Positions 35,236 to 44,700 of a stretch of DNA of 64,000 nt are shown here, piece by piece. How positions within the stretch are numbered: the stretch's first letter is position 1; each line of letters begins with the position of its first letter. Below the pieces are notes generated by a model. The model was given only the letters and a program-made list of their open reading frames with translations, did no database searches and had not been told where the DNA came from. The position numbers and the translations under genes are program-made. The stretch is from positions 70,013 through 134,012 of the IMG/VR virus record IMGVR_UViG_2934543808_000001; one strand, given 5' to 3'. Origin of the DNA: a virus (taxonomy: Duplodnaviria > Caudoviricetes).

Positions 35236-37197
35236 TCAGAGCGTCAGTGAAGCGAGGAGCGCCTTCACCTCGTCCGCGTCCAGGCGGACTTCGTCGGCAT
35301 CGTCCTCGGGCTCGTCGTCCGTGTCCGGCTGCTCCGCCGGGACTGCGGCCGGGGTGTTCCCCGTGGGAACGGCGTCGTCGGTGGCGCCCGACTCCGGCTC
35401 GTCGTCGTCCCAGCCGTCGGTGATCTCGTAGTCGTCGTCCCACAGGTCCAGGGAGGAGCCGGCCGGGGGGTTGCTGTGCTGCTTGTCCATGGGGAGGCCC
35501 TTCTTCGCGAGGGAGTTGAGGAGTTGGGTGATCTTCGGCTTGAGGTGTTCGAGGTGGGAGGGGGCGGCGTCGGAGACCTCGATCAGGGCTGTGGCGTCGT
35601 CCAGCGCGACGGCCGTCGGCTGGACGAAGCGGGCGTCGATCTCTTCGGAGCCGCCGACGGCGTGGGTGTCGCCGGTGACGGGGAGCGCCACGGTGGTCAG
35701 CTCGACCTCGGTGGGCTTGCCGAGGTCGATGTCCCGGCCGGCGACGACGTACGGGACGGAGTAGGTGGTGGGGCCGGTGGCGTCGCTGTGCCGGGTGACG
35801 ATGACGTGGTCCGGGTACGTCGCTTCGACGCACACCCAGCAGTCGCCCTGATCCTTCTCGTACTCGTTCTTGAAGAGGTGCCGTACGGAGTCGGCGAGAC
35901 GGGCGTGTAGTTGCTCGTAGGACAGGGGCATGGGGCTCATGGGCGCGGTCTCCGGGTGTGGGGTGGACTTCGCTTCGAGGACGATCTGCGCCGCCGACTT
36001 CGTCTCGACGCGGGCGGCCGGGCGGGCGGACTTCGCTTCGAGGACGATCTGCGCGGCCGACTTCGTCTCGACAGGGGTCTGCTCGGGGGCGGGGGCCGGT
36101 GGCGGGGACGACGCAGGGGCCGACGCGGCGGTCTGGCCGAGGGGAATGAAGGAGGTGTCTCCGCCCCGGACGACGGCGATCTGCTCGAAGGTCACGGGGG
36201 TGGCGGGCACGGGCTCGATGTCCGGGAGGTTGTAGCCGAGGGTGACGTGCGGGGTGTAGCCGTGCCGGGCGTCGAGCTTGTCCGAGTACACCGACGTCCG
36301 CAGGGCGTCCACGACCCGTTGCCGAAGCTCGGCAAGCCCCGGCACGTCGACGGGCACCCAGGCCGGCTCACCGTCCCCGGTGTCGGGGAAGCGGCCGAGG
36401 CCGCCGATGGTGCCTGCCAGTGAGCTGCTGCCGGTGACGGCCGGGGTGACGATGTCGCGGAGGTCGTCCGGGTGGCCGCCGAGTTCCGCGGCGTCGCCGA
36501 GGTACGCGAGCGTGACGTGCAGGTGCTCGGCCGGGGTGCCCTCGGGATGCGCGATCTTCGCCGCCACGTCGGGCGGGAGCCGGAGCGCGACCATCACCCC
36601 GACGCCCGTCTGCGTCTCGGCGGCCTTCAGCTCGACCGCCGACCAGGTCGCCTTGTGCTCCAGCTCCCCCCGCTCCGCGCCGACGGACGCCTTCACCTCC
36701 AGACTCCGCGTGAGCGGATGAGCGCCGTGGAGCACCGGGCTGACCTCGTACAAGTCCAGGTCGTGGATGATCCGTACGCCGTCGTGACGCTTGGAGGCGC
36801 CGCCGGGGGTGACCTTGTACCCGATGGAGAACGCGGCTTCGCCGTTCTCGTGCCACTGCTTGACCTGCGCGTAGGCGTCCCGGCCCCACGACGTCCCCAT
36901 GTTGAACTGCACCGTGGCGACGAGCGCGCCCGCCTCGCGCGGCCAGACGCTGCCCCCGGGGATGGTGGCGAACCGCGGATCACCCGGCATCCACTCCTCG
37001 ACCTCCAGCACGCTCCCCACTGGGTCCTTCCAGGAGTGGTGCCAGACGCTCTTTACCCGGCGGGTGGCGAGGGTGCGGGTGAAAGCCCCCGGGAGGATGA
37101 GGTCTTGGACCTCATCCACCACGCCGGTGACAGCGAAGATGGCGCGGACGATGCCCCTGCTCGGGCGCGGGCGGCTGGACGGCGGGGTACGGGGCAC
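35236..37197 (-). CDS. HK97-type prohead protease fused to a 2H phosphoesterase (LigT/Acb1-like) domain
   Basis: VDEVQDLILPGAF, WHH..DPVG, FSIGY and LYEVSPVLHGA (S78 protease), then HVTLAYLG and PHVTLGY (two HxT motifs); GTG 37197 with AGGAGG RBS. Confidence 0.88.
   Translation of the reverse strand: MPRTPPSSRPRPSRGIVRAIFAVTGVVDEVQDLILPGAFTRTLATRRVKSVWHHSWKDPVGSVLEVEEWMPGDPRFATIPGGSVWPREAGALVATVQFNMGTSWGRDAYAQVKQWHENGEAAFSIGYKVTPGGASKRHDGVRIIHDLDLYEVSPVLHGAHPLTRSLEVKASVGAERGELEHKATWSAVELKAAETQTGVGVMVALRLPPDVAAKIAHPEGTPAEHLHVTLAYLGDAAELGGHPDDLRDIVTPAVTGSSSLAGTIGGLGRFPDTGDGEPAWVPVDVPGLAELRQRVVDALRTSVYSDKLDARHGYTPHVTLGYNLPDIEPVPATPVTFEQIAVVRGGDTSFIPLGQTAASAPASSPPPAPAPEQTPVETKSAAQIVLEAKSARPAARVETKSAAQIVLEAKSTPHPETAPMSPMPLSYEQLHARLADSVRHLFKNEYEKDQGDCWVCVEATYPDHVIVTRHSDATGPTTYSVPYVVAGRDIDLGKPTEVELTTVALPVTGDTHAVGGSEEIDARFVQPTAVALDDATALIEVSDAAPSHLEHLKPKITQLLNSLAKKGLPMDKQHSNPPAGSSLDLWDDDYEITDGWDDDEPESGATDDAVPTGNTPAAVPAEQPDTDDEPEDDADEVRLDADEVKALLASLTL
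35355..35371. promoter_or_regulatory. 17-bp parS-like palindrome, copy 8 (inside the protease CDS)
   Basis: TGTTCCCCGTGGGAACG, read as VPTGN in the gene. Confidence 0.6.
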
Positions 37198-37234
37198 GGC
37201 GGGTTCCTCCTGGCGGACGTCTCGGGCGGTGCGC

Positions 37235-37267
37235 ACCGTGCCCCCGCGGAGGGGTTACCGTCCTGCG
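37235..37267 (-). promoter_or_regulatory. Late-promoter motif copy (protease)
   Basis: CGCAGGACGGTAA; CACGGT 19 nt after GAC. Confidence 0.5.
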
Positions 37268-37304
37268 CTGGCCGTACGGCGGGCCGCACCCGCGTGCCGG
37301 AGGC

Positions 37305-37922
37305 TCACTTCCACGGCAGCTTGCCGCCCTTCTTCTTCGCCGGGTCGTCCTCGTCGGCGTCGGCGTCCTCCTCGCCGTCCGGGTCGTCGTCGGTCTCGGC
37401 GGCCGGGTCTTCCTCGGCGGGGTCGTCGCGGTCCTCTGCGTCCGCAGCGGGGTCGACTGCTTCGTCCGCGGTTCCGAGATCGAGCGGTTCCACGTCGCCC
37501 GGGGGGAGGGCGCCCGGGTCGGTGGCCGCCGGGTCCGTGGCGGCGGGGTCCTGTGCGCCGTCGGCGGGCGGCTCACCGTGGTTGCCGCCGGTCTCCTGCA
37601 TGCCGGCGTCGTCCACGTCGATGGCCCACGTGTCCGGGTCGGAGTACCGCCAGACCTGCCCGGTCTCGTCTCGTACCCAGCCCGTGAGGGTGCCGTCCTC
37701 GGCCTTGTCGAGCCACGCCTGCTCACCGTTCGGGCCGGACAGAGCGGCGTACGCCTGCGCGGGGTCGGTCTCGTCGCCCTCGTCGTACACGTCTCCGGCC
37801 CAGGGGCGCGCGTCGTCCGCTTGGGGCGGCTGCATCTCCGGTGGCGGTGGTGCGGCCGGGGGGCCGGCGGCCGGGTCGGCGGCGGGCTGGGGCAGGTTCT
37901 TCACGGCGTATGCGTAGTCCAC
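37305..37922 (-). CDS. Acidic hypothetical head-module protein
   Basis: 205 aa; Trp-rich core (AWLDKAEDGTLTGWVRDETGQVWRY) with an acidic tail ending KKKGGKLPWK. Confidence 0.65.
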   Translation of the reverse strand: MDYAYAVKNLPQPAADPAAGPPAAPPPPEMQPPQADDARPWAGDVYDEGDETDPAQAYAALSGPNGEQAWLDKAEDGTLTGWVRDETGQVWRYSDPDTWAIDVDDAGMQETGGNHGEPPADGAQDPAATDPAATDPGALPPGDVEPLDLGTADEAVDPAADAEDRDDPAEEDPAAETDDDPDGEEDADADEDDPAKKKGGKLPWK

Positions 37923-37929
37923 GGGCGGC

Positions 37930-37961
37930 AGGGTCCGGGCCGGGGCTGCTTACGTCTCGGG
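37930..37961 (-). promoter_or_regulatory. Late-promoter motif copy (leaderless)
   Basis: CCCGAGACGTAAG; GACCCT 18 nt after GAC and 7 nt before the GTG. Confidence 0.6.
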
Positions 37962-38005
37962 CTGATCCCCTGCCGTGGCTCCCGGCCGCTCGCTACTCTC
38001 GATGC

Positions 38006-38248
38006 ATGACTGAGTTGACGGTGTCCGTGGATGACCGCCTGGCGGACCAGGTGGCGGAGTCTGCCCGCCGGTACGGGCTGCCGGTGGACGTGTACGTGGA
38101 GCGGGTGCTGCGCGCGGCCGAGACCCCGGGCGCTCCTGACCGTGAGGAGCGCGCCCGGGAGCTGGCGCGCGGGGCCTTCCGGCAGTGGGATGAGGCCGGG
38201 CGGCCCGAGGCCGGCGCGATGAGCATGGCGGAGGTCTTCGGCAGGTGA
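38006..38248 (+). CDS. Putative antitoxin (ribbon-helix-helix-like)
   Basis: MTELTVSVDDRLADQVAESARRYG...MSMAEVFG; TACTCT -10 element 6 nt before the ATG; GTGA overlap with the partner gene. Confidence 0.6.
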   Translation: MTELTVSVDDRLADQVAESARRYGLPVDVYVERVLRAAETPGAPDREERARELARGAFRQWDEAGRPEAGAMSMAEVFGR

Positions 38249-38493
38249 GCGCGATCCCCGCGCGGTTCGCGTCGAACGTCGGCCGGACCATCCGTGACCT
38301 GCCCACCCCCGACCGGGACGAGCTTGAAGCGGCGATCGTCCGCGCCTGCGAGGACCCGTGGTCGTGGCCGCAGGCCGACAAGTACGAGATGGACGAGTCG
38401 GTGCGCGTCATCACGACGCGCACCGCGATCGTCCACTACGTGATCCTGCCGGGCCCCGACCCCCACCTTTGGGTGTTCGCGATCACTGTCTGA
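38245..38493 (+). CDS. Putative RelE/ParE-like toxin
   Basis: 82 aa; F...V.RTIRDLP..DRDELEAAI..ACEDP, C-terminal beta strands (IVHYVI...LWVFAI); coupled to the antitoxin. Confidence 0.55.
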   Translation: MSAIPARFASNVGRTIRDLPTPDRDELEAAIVRACEDPWSWPQADKYEMDESVRVITTRTAIVHYVILPGPDPHLWVFAITV

Positions 38494-38716
38494 CCTCTAC
38501 CACCCGGGTGCGGTCGCGAAGCAGCGCGAGCACCGCGGTAACGTCCGTGGGCTCCAGATCGCGCCGAGGCCCGAGCGGGCCGAGCAGAACCGGTTGCCCG
38601 GTGTGCTGCTCGACCAGGGCCCGCACGCGGCGGGAGCCGGCCACCGGCCGGTCTTCTCGACCGGTGACCTCCACGTCGTAGGCGCCACCGTCGTCCAGCG
38701 TGCCTATGACCCTCAT
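38483..38716 (-). CDS. Small hypothetical protein immediately downstream of the giant gene
   Basis: 77 aa; GGAGG RBS just after the giant gene stop. Confidence 0.6.
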   Translation of the reverse strand: MRVIGTLDDGGAYDVEVTGREDRPVAGSRRVRALVEQHTGQPVLLGPLGPRRDLEPTDVTAVLALLRDRTRVVEVRQ

Positions 38717-38728
38717 ATCGTCCTCCTT

Positions 38729-41700
38729 CTACCGGGTGGCGAGCAGTCCAAGAAGGAAAGCCCGCAGGTCGTCGTCCTCGTACCACTGGCCGTCGAACAG
38801 CGTCGCGATGCCGAGCGGAACCAGGTTCCCGGTGTCGCCCTGACCGTTGCTGTTGCGGAACAGACGCGCGAGGAGCCTGTCCAGCGACGTGCGGCGCCGC
38901 GCGCCCACCCGCCCGCTGTGGGTCCGGGTGAAGTGGAACGCCTCCTGCGCGGCCAGCAGATCCGGGTAGTGCTGCTGAAGGTGCGCGAGCAGGGCGTGCG
39001 CAGCCGTACGGCGGCCGTCGTCCCCAAGGTCGGCGACGGTCGCGATCCGGCTGGCCGGGTCGTAGCCGCCGGCGTCGCCGCCGCGGGCCGTGAGGAACCG
39101 GGCCTCGGTCGGAGACAGCCAGTCCCGGGGCACGAACTGGGCGATGCCCGTCAGGGCGCGCACGGCGTCCGGGTCGCTGTCCGGGGTGGTCACCAGCGTG
39201 GCCGTGGTGCCCGGCCCCATCTCGCGGACCTCGGCGAGGGTGCCCCGTACGGCGTCGGGGAGCGCCGCGGCGTACGCCTGCTGAAGCCGGGCGGCTTCCT
39301 GCCGTGCGGACTGCGCCTCGACGCGGGCCGCCGCGACCTCCAGGTCCGCGCCGGGTGCGCCGCCGGCCGCCGCCGCTTCGAGGTCGCGCAGGCGGCGCTC
39401 GGCGGTGTCGGCGTAGTTCGCGGCGTGCCGGACGGTGCCGTGCGGGTCGTCGCCGAGTTCCGGCGCGGCGGCGCTCAGCCGGGCTACGACGTCGGTGTCC
39501 ACGTCCTGTCCGGCCGCGCGTACGGCCGCGAGGTGACGCAGGGCCTGCGGGCCGGGCCCGCCGTCCACGGAGCGGTCCATCGTCCAGCGCACGCCGTCCT
39601 GTACCTCCGGGAGCTGGCCAGCAGCCAGGGAGGACCGGCTGGTCGGCCGGTACCAGCGGGCGCGGCGGGAGACCTGACCGAACCGGCCCGGGGCGGGCAG
39701 GAGCCGCGCCCAGTGGGCGACGCGGTCGCCGAGCGGCAGCCCATCTGTGTGCTGCGGGAGGCGCCCCGCGGCGGCCAGGCGACGCAGGCGACGGGCCTCG
39801 GGCCACGACCGGATGCGCCGCATCAGGCCCTGACGGAACCGGGAGATACGTTCCCGCATCCGGCGCAGGTTCTCGCGACCGGCCCGCCACGCCTTCGCGA
39901 GGGCCTTCAGGAAGGCCGCGACCAGGGCGATGATCCTCCGCGCGATGGCGACGAGTCCGGCCACGATGTGCGGCAGGATGCCGGCGCGCTGCCCCTCGGG
40001 CAGCCGGGAGGCGATCCGCTGGGCGGTGGCGTTGCGGCTGCTGTCCATACGAGCGGCGAGCTGCTGCACGATCGCGGCGCGACGCTCCGGGGTGAGGAGT
40101 TCACCGCTGTCCGCGGCTGCCTGGAGGGCTTCGCCCACGGCGTCGTCGGCGTGCTGGGTGACGTCGTCGTTCACGCCTGCCTCCCCGTCGGTGTTGTCGC
40201 CCCCAGCCGCCCGGGTGCGCAGGGCCTCCGGGATGAGGCGCAGCAGGTCGGCCGCGCGGCTGGCGGTGTCCTCCTCCGACTCGCCGTCCAGCGGCTCCAG
40301 GTCGTCCAGCGTGCGCACCGCGGCGCGAACAGCGTCGGTGCGTGCGCGGGCCGCCTCCTTCCGAAGCGACTGCACCAGGTCGTCGCGCTCCTGGCCCTCG
40401 AACCCGGCGTCGGTGATCGCGGCCATCGCCCCGTTGCGAGCCCTGCGCATGCCCGCGCGCAGCGCCTCGGGGGTGAGCCGTTCAGCGATCTGCTGGCGGA
40501 GCTGGTGGATGCTGCCCGGCGTGGTCGTGCCGTCGAGGGCGCTGTCGATCACCGCCCGCACGACTGCGTCCGCGTAGTCGGCGCGGACCTTGCCCGCGTC
40601 CGGAGCCGGGTTCGGGTCGCGCTGCTCAGCGTCGTCGTCCGCGGCCGGTGCCTCCGGGTCGGGGAGCTGGTACAGCGGCTCGGAGGACGCCAGGGACCGC
40701 TTGAAGCGCATGCCGTCCCCGTCCTCGATCGTGAGGACCCGCACCCCGCCCGGCGCCTCCTGGATCTGCACGACGCGGTACGCGGTCATGGTGTCCGGGT
40801 CGAACTCGTCCGGCAGGGTGATCGTGTCCCCCTCGCCGACGGAGCCCACGGTGCCCGGCTCCGGCTGGTCGACGTCGTCGGGCTCGTTGCCCGCCGCGGC
40901 GTCCAGGTGGTCGGCAGCTCGCTGCGCCGTTCGACCCTCGGGGGTCGCCGAGTCGGCACCCTCGCGCAGCTCCTCGGCGAGCGCGGTCGCCTGCCCAGGG
41001 GTGAGCGGCAGGTCGTTGGCGACGCGAGCCGCGCCCTGCTGGGCGTCGGGGTCGCTGGCCGGCGCCTGCCCACGGTCGGTGATCGCGTCGCGCTCCTCGG
41101 GGGAGAGCTGCGGGTCCACGGTGGGCCCGGCGACCGGGTCGACGGCCGGGGCCGGCTCGTGGCTGGTGATCTCGCCGCCGCTGGCCGGAGCATCTTCCGG
41201 CCCCAGCTCGGGCGGGTTGCCATCGGCCCCCAGCGCCCGCTGCACCTCGCTGTCGCTCGCAGTCGAGACCTTCTCGGTCTCGCCGGTGGTGGTGTCCTCC
41301 AGGTCGAGGTGAGTCTGCTCGCCCTCCTCCTCCCGGCCGGTGACCCGGGCGGTGCGCGGGCCGTCAGGGGACTCGCGTACGAGGACGTCGCCCTCCTGCA
41401 CGTCTCCCGCAGGGGCGGGTTCGACGGAGGAGACCTTGTGGTCGTTGTCGCCGTCGGCGGTGTCGCCGATGACGCGCAGGTCAGCGATGGGCAGATCCCT
41501 CATACCGTCCGGGGTGGCGACGGTGGCGGTGTCCCCGTCCACCGACTCGACGGTGCCGAGCATGTTGCCGTCCCGGTCGCCGACGACGTTGCCGTCGCGC
41601 ACCAGGCGGCCGTCTGCGGTCCAGCCGGAGGGCCGACCCGCGCCGCCGTCGGTGACGTTGAGGGAGGTGGGCGAGTGGTTGTCGTCGGTGCGGTCGTCGC

Positions 41701-44700
41701 CGAACTGGACGCGGACGCTGTTGGCGCTTGCGCCGGTGACCACGCCTTCCTTGCCGTCGTCGTCGGTGACGAGCGAGCCGGGGAAGAGACCGTTCCCTCG
41801 GGCGTCCGTGGGCACGCTGTCCGCGATCCGGCCGGTCAGGACGTCGGAGTCCGCGCCGGTCTGCGGGGAGCCCTGGAACTGGTCGGCGTCGTCGCGGGTA
41901 GCGCGAGCCGCCGCGGCGTCCGGCATGACGTACACCGGACTGCCGGTGCGGGCGTCCGGGCTGTCGGCGACCAGGACGCGGTACATGTCCGTGGCGCGGC
42001 CCTTCTTGGTCACCGGGATCAGCTTCGGTCCGCCCACGACGTGACCGGCGAGCGTGCGGGCCTTGCCCTGCTTGGTGACGCCGTCGATCCGGACCAGGTC
42101 GCGGAGCTGGAGTTCGCTGACCTGGACCCACTCGGCGGGCCGGCCGCCGACCGGCTCCGGCGCGGCCGGAGGCTCCGGCGTCGCGTCAGGCGCGCCCGCT
42201 GGCGCGTCCTGGCGGCGTTCGTCGCCACCACCTTCCGCGCGCGCGGGACGGTCGGCCGCCGGGTCCGCAGGCGGCTGGACCGGGGTGGTGCGCGCGGCGG
42301 CGGGTTCCGTACGGCCCTCCGACCGCGGGGCGTCCGTACCGCTCTCGGGGGCGGAGGTGTCCGTCGCGGCCGGGGTGACGGCCGTGTCGTCCTGACGCTC
42401 GGCCTCGGGGGCGTTGCTGCTGGACGAGGAGTCGTCGGCCGCCGCAGTGCGGGGGCCTTCGCCGATCTGCCGCCCGTAGCGGTGCTGATCGAACGGCAGG
42501 GTCACGTCCTCCGCCTCGGCGAGACGCAGGGCGGTGCCGCCGTCCGCCGGGATGATGAACGTGTCGCCGTTCGCACCGTGGCGCGTGCCCTCGAACTGGT
42601 CCTTGGAGACGGTGACGCGGTACCCCTTGTACCGGACTCCGGACGCCTTGAAGGTGGCCTTCGTCGGCTCGCCGATGACGTAGCCGAGTCGGCGGCCGGT
42701 GTACCCGGCGTAGAAGCCGGTGATACGCCCGTCGAGTTCTACGACGTCGCCTTCGCGGATGTCGGAGATGGGCACGCGTACGGCGTTGTTCCTGCCGCCG
42801 TTCTCCAGCAGCTCCTCGATGAACTGGTGGGCGGCGCGGTTCTTGCTGGCGTCGTGGTGCTGGGCCCTCGGGTCCTCCGGGCGGAGCACGTCGAAGTCCT
42901 CGCGGATCTGGTCCGCCAGCCAGCCCGGTCCGAGGATGTACTTGTCCTTCAGGTTGGGCTTCTGGTGCTTGTAGTGCGTGGCGTCGAGCCAGCGCAGTTC
43001 GTCGTGCAGGTGCGCCAGGTCGTCGGCCACGTTCCCGCTGGGCGTCACGCCGCGGCCGAGTTCGTCCAGCAGGGCGCGCAGCGCGTAGTAGCGCTCCAGG
43101 TCGACCGGGTTGTCGGCCAGGGTCTCCAGCCCGCGGAAGGGCTTCTCCTTGCCGGGGAAGCCCAGTGACTGGGCCGTGTGCCTCATGGTCCATGCGAGGT
43201 CCGGGTGCACGACGCTCAGGTCCGGCTCGCCGCGCTCCTTGTCGCGCAGCACGAGGTGCGCGATGGCGGCCTCGCGGGTGGCGAACTTCGTCAGGTCGGA
43301 GGCGAACGGCGGCTCGCTCCACCACTCACCGTCCGAAGAGGACCCGCCCGAGGAGTGCAGGTGAGGGGCGAACAGGGTGCCGATCAGCCGGCCGTCTCGC
43401 CAGATCTGACCATCGTGGTCCAGGCGCAGGACGGGCGTCGGGTTGAAGCCCTCGGCGGCGAGCGCGCGCATCCGCTCGGGCGAGCCGAACAGGACCCGCT
43501 CGCCTTCCTCGCTGACGACTCCCTTGGGCCCGGTCTCGTACTGCTCCATCTCCTTGGCCGTCGGTACGCGGCGGCCGTCTACGGTGCCGCCGCGGCGTCC
43601 CGTGCCGTGGGTGGCGTTGAGGAGGTACTGCGAGTCCGCAGCTCCCTCCGGCGCATCCGCCGCTTCTCCCTGCGCAGAGTCAGCCGGGCTTCCCGCGTTC
43701 GAGGCTGCCGCGCCATCGGCCGGCTGCTGCCCGTCGGTCTGCGCGCCGGACGACTCGGAACGGCCCGCGTCCGATTCCGGGGTGCTGGTGTCGTCCTTAC
43801 CGTCCTGGCGGCGGAAGCCGGGGGCGGCGTCCATGACGCTCTGGCGCGCCTGGTCGATCGCGGCACCGATGTGGTTGCCGTTGGCGTCGCGCCACGCCCG
43901 GAGGGCCTGTGCGTCCAGTTCGGGTGCCGACCAGTCGATCGGGTTGCCGTTCTCGTCCCGAAGCTGCTCGTAGGCGTCGGCAAGTCGCACGGCGCCGTCG
44001 CGGCCACCGATCTGTTCGCCGAGGGCTTCCCAGCCGGCGAGGTGCATGCCGCTGGCCGCGTGGCCGAACTGCCAGGTGCGGCCGTCGTCGTCGGACCAGG
44101 TGATGAGCCCGCCGCCCGGAGAAAGCGTCAGGGTGTCGTTGTTCGCGAGGCGCCGCAGGTAGGCGGCGTGCTCCTGCTTGTCGGCCCCGGCCGGGGTCGG
44201 GTTGTTGCCCGAGCGGTAACGGTTCTTCAGGCCGTCGAGTCCGCCAGGCCCGCCGGTGTTCGGCGAGCGGTCGCGGTCGTCATCCTCCCGGCCGCGGTCG
44301 CGGTCACGGTCTCGGCCGGGCAGGTGCGGCAGGCCGCCGTTCGGGGCGCCGCCGTTGCGCTCGCCGCGCTCCTTGTCTCGGTCGCGGTCGCGGCGCCGGC
44401 GGCGGTCGCGGCGCTGCTCGGAGTCCGAGTCATCCGCCTCGTCTCCGTCCTCCGGGCCGTCACCGTCGGGGTCGTGGTCGTCGTCGTTGCCGGCGTCGGG
44501 GCTGGGCGTGCCGCCGTCGCCGCCGTTACCGCTCGCTTCGTCGGGTGCAGCACCATCACGGTCACCGCGCCGACGGCTGCGGCTCTCGCCTTCCCGCTGG
44601 TCGTCGTCCTGGTTCTGCTCCTCCTCCGAGTCCTGCTCGCGGTCCTCGGGCTCGCCGTCCTGGCGGGCGTCGTCGTCCTGCTCGTCGCGGCCAGTCGCCT

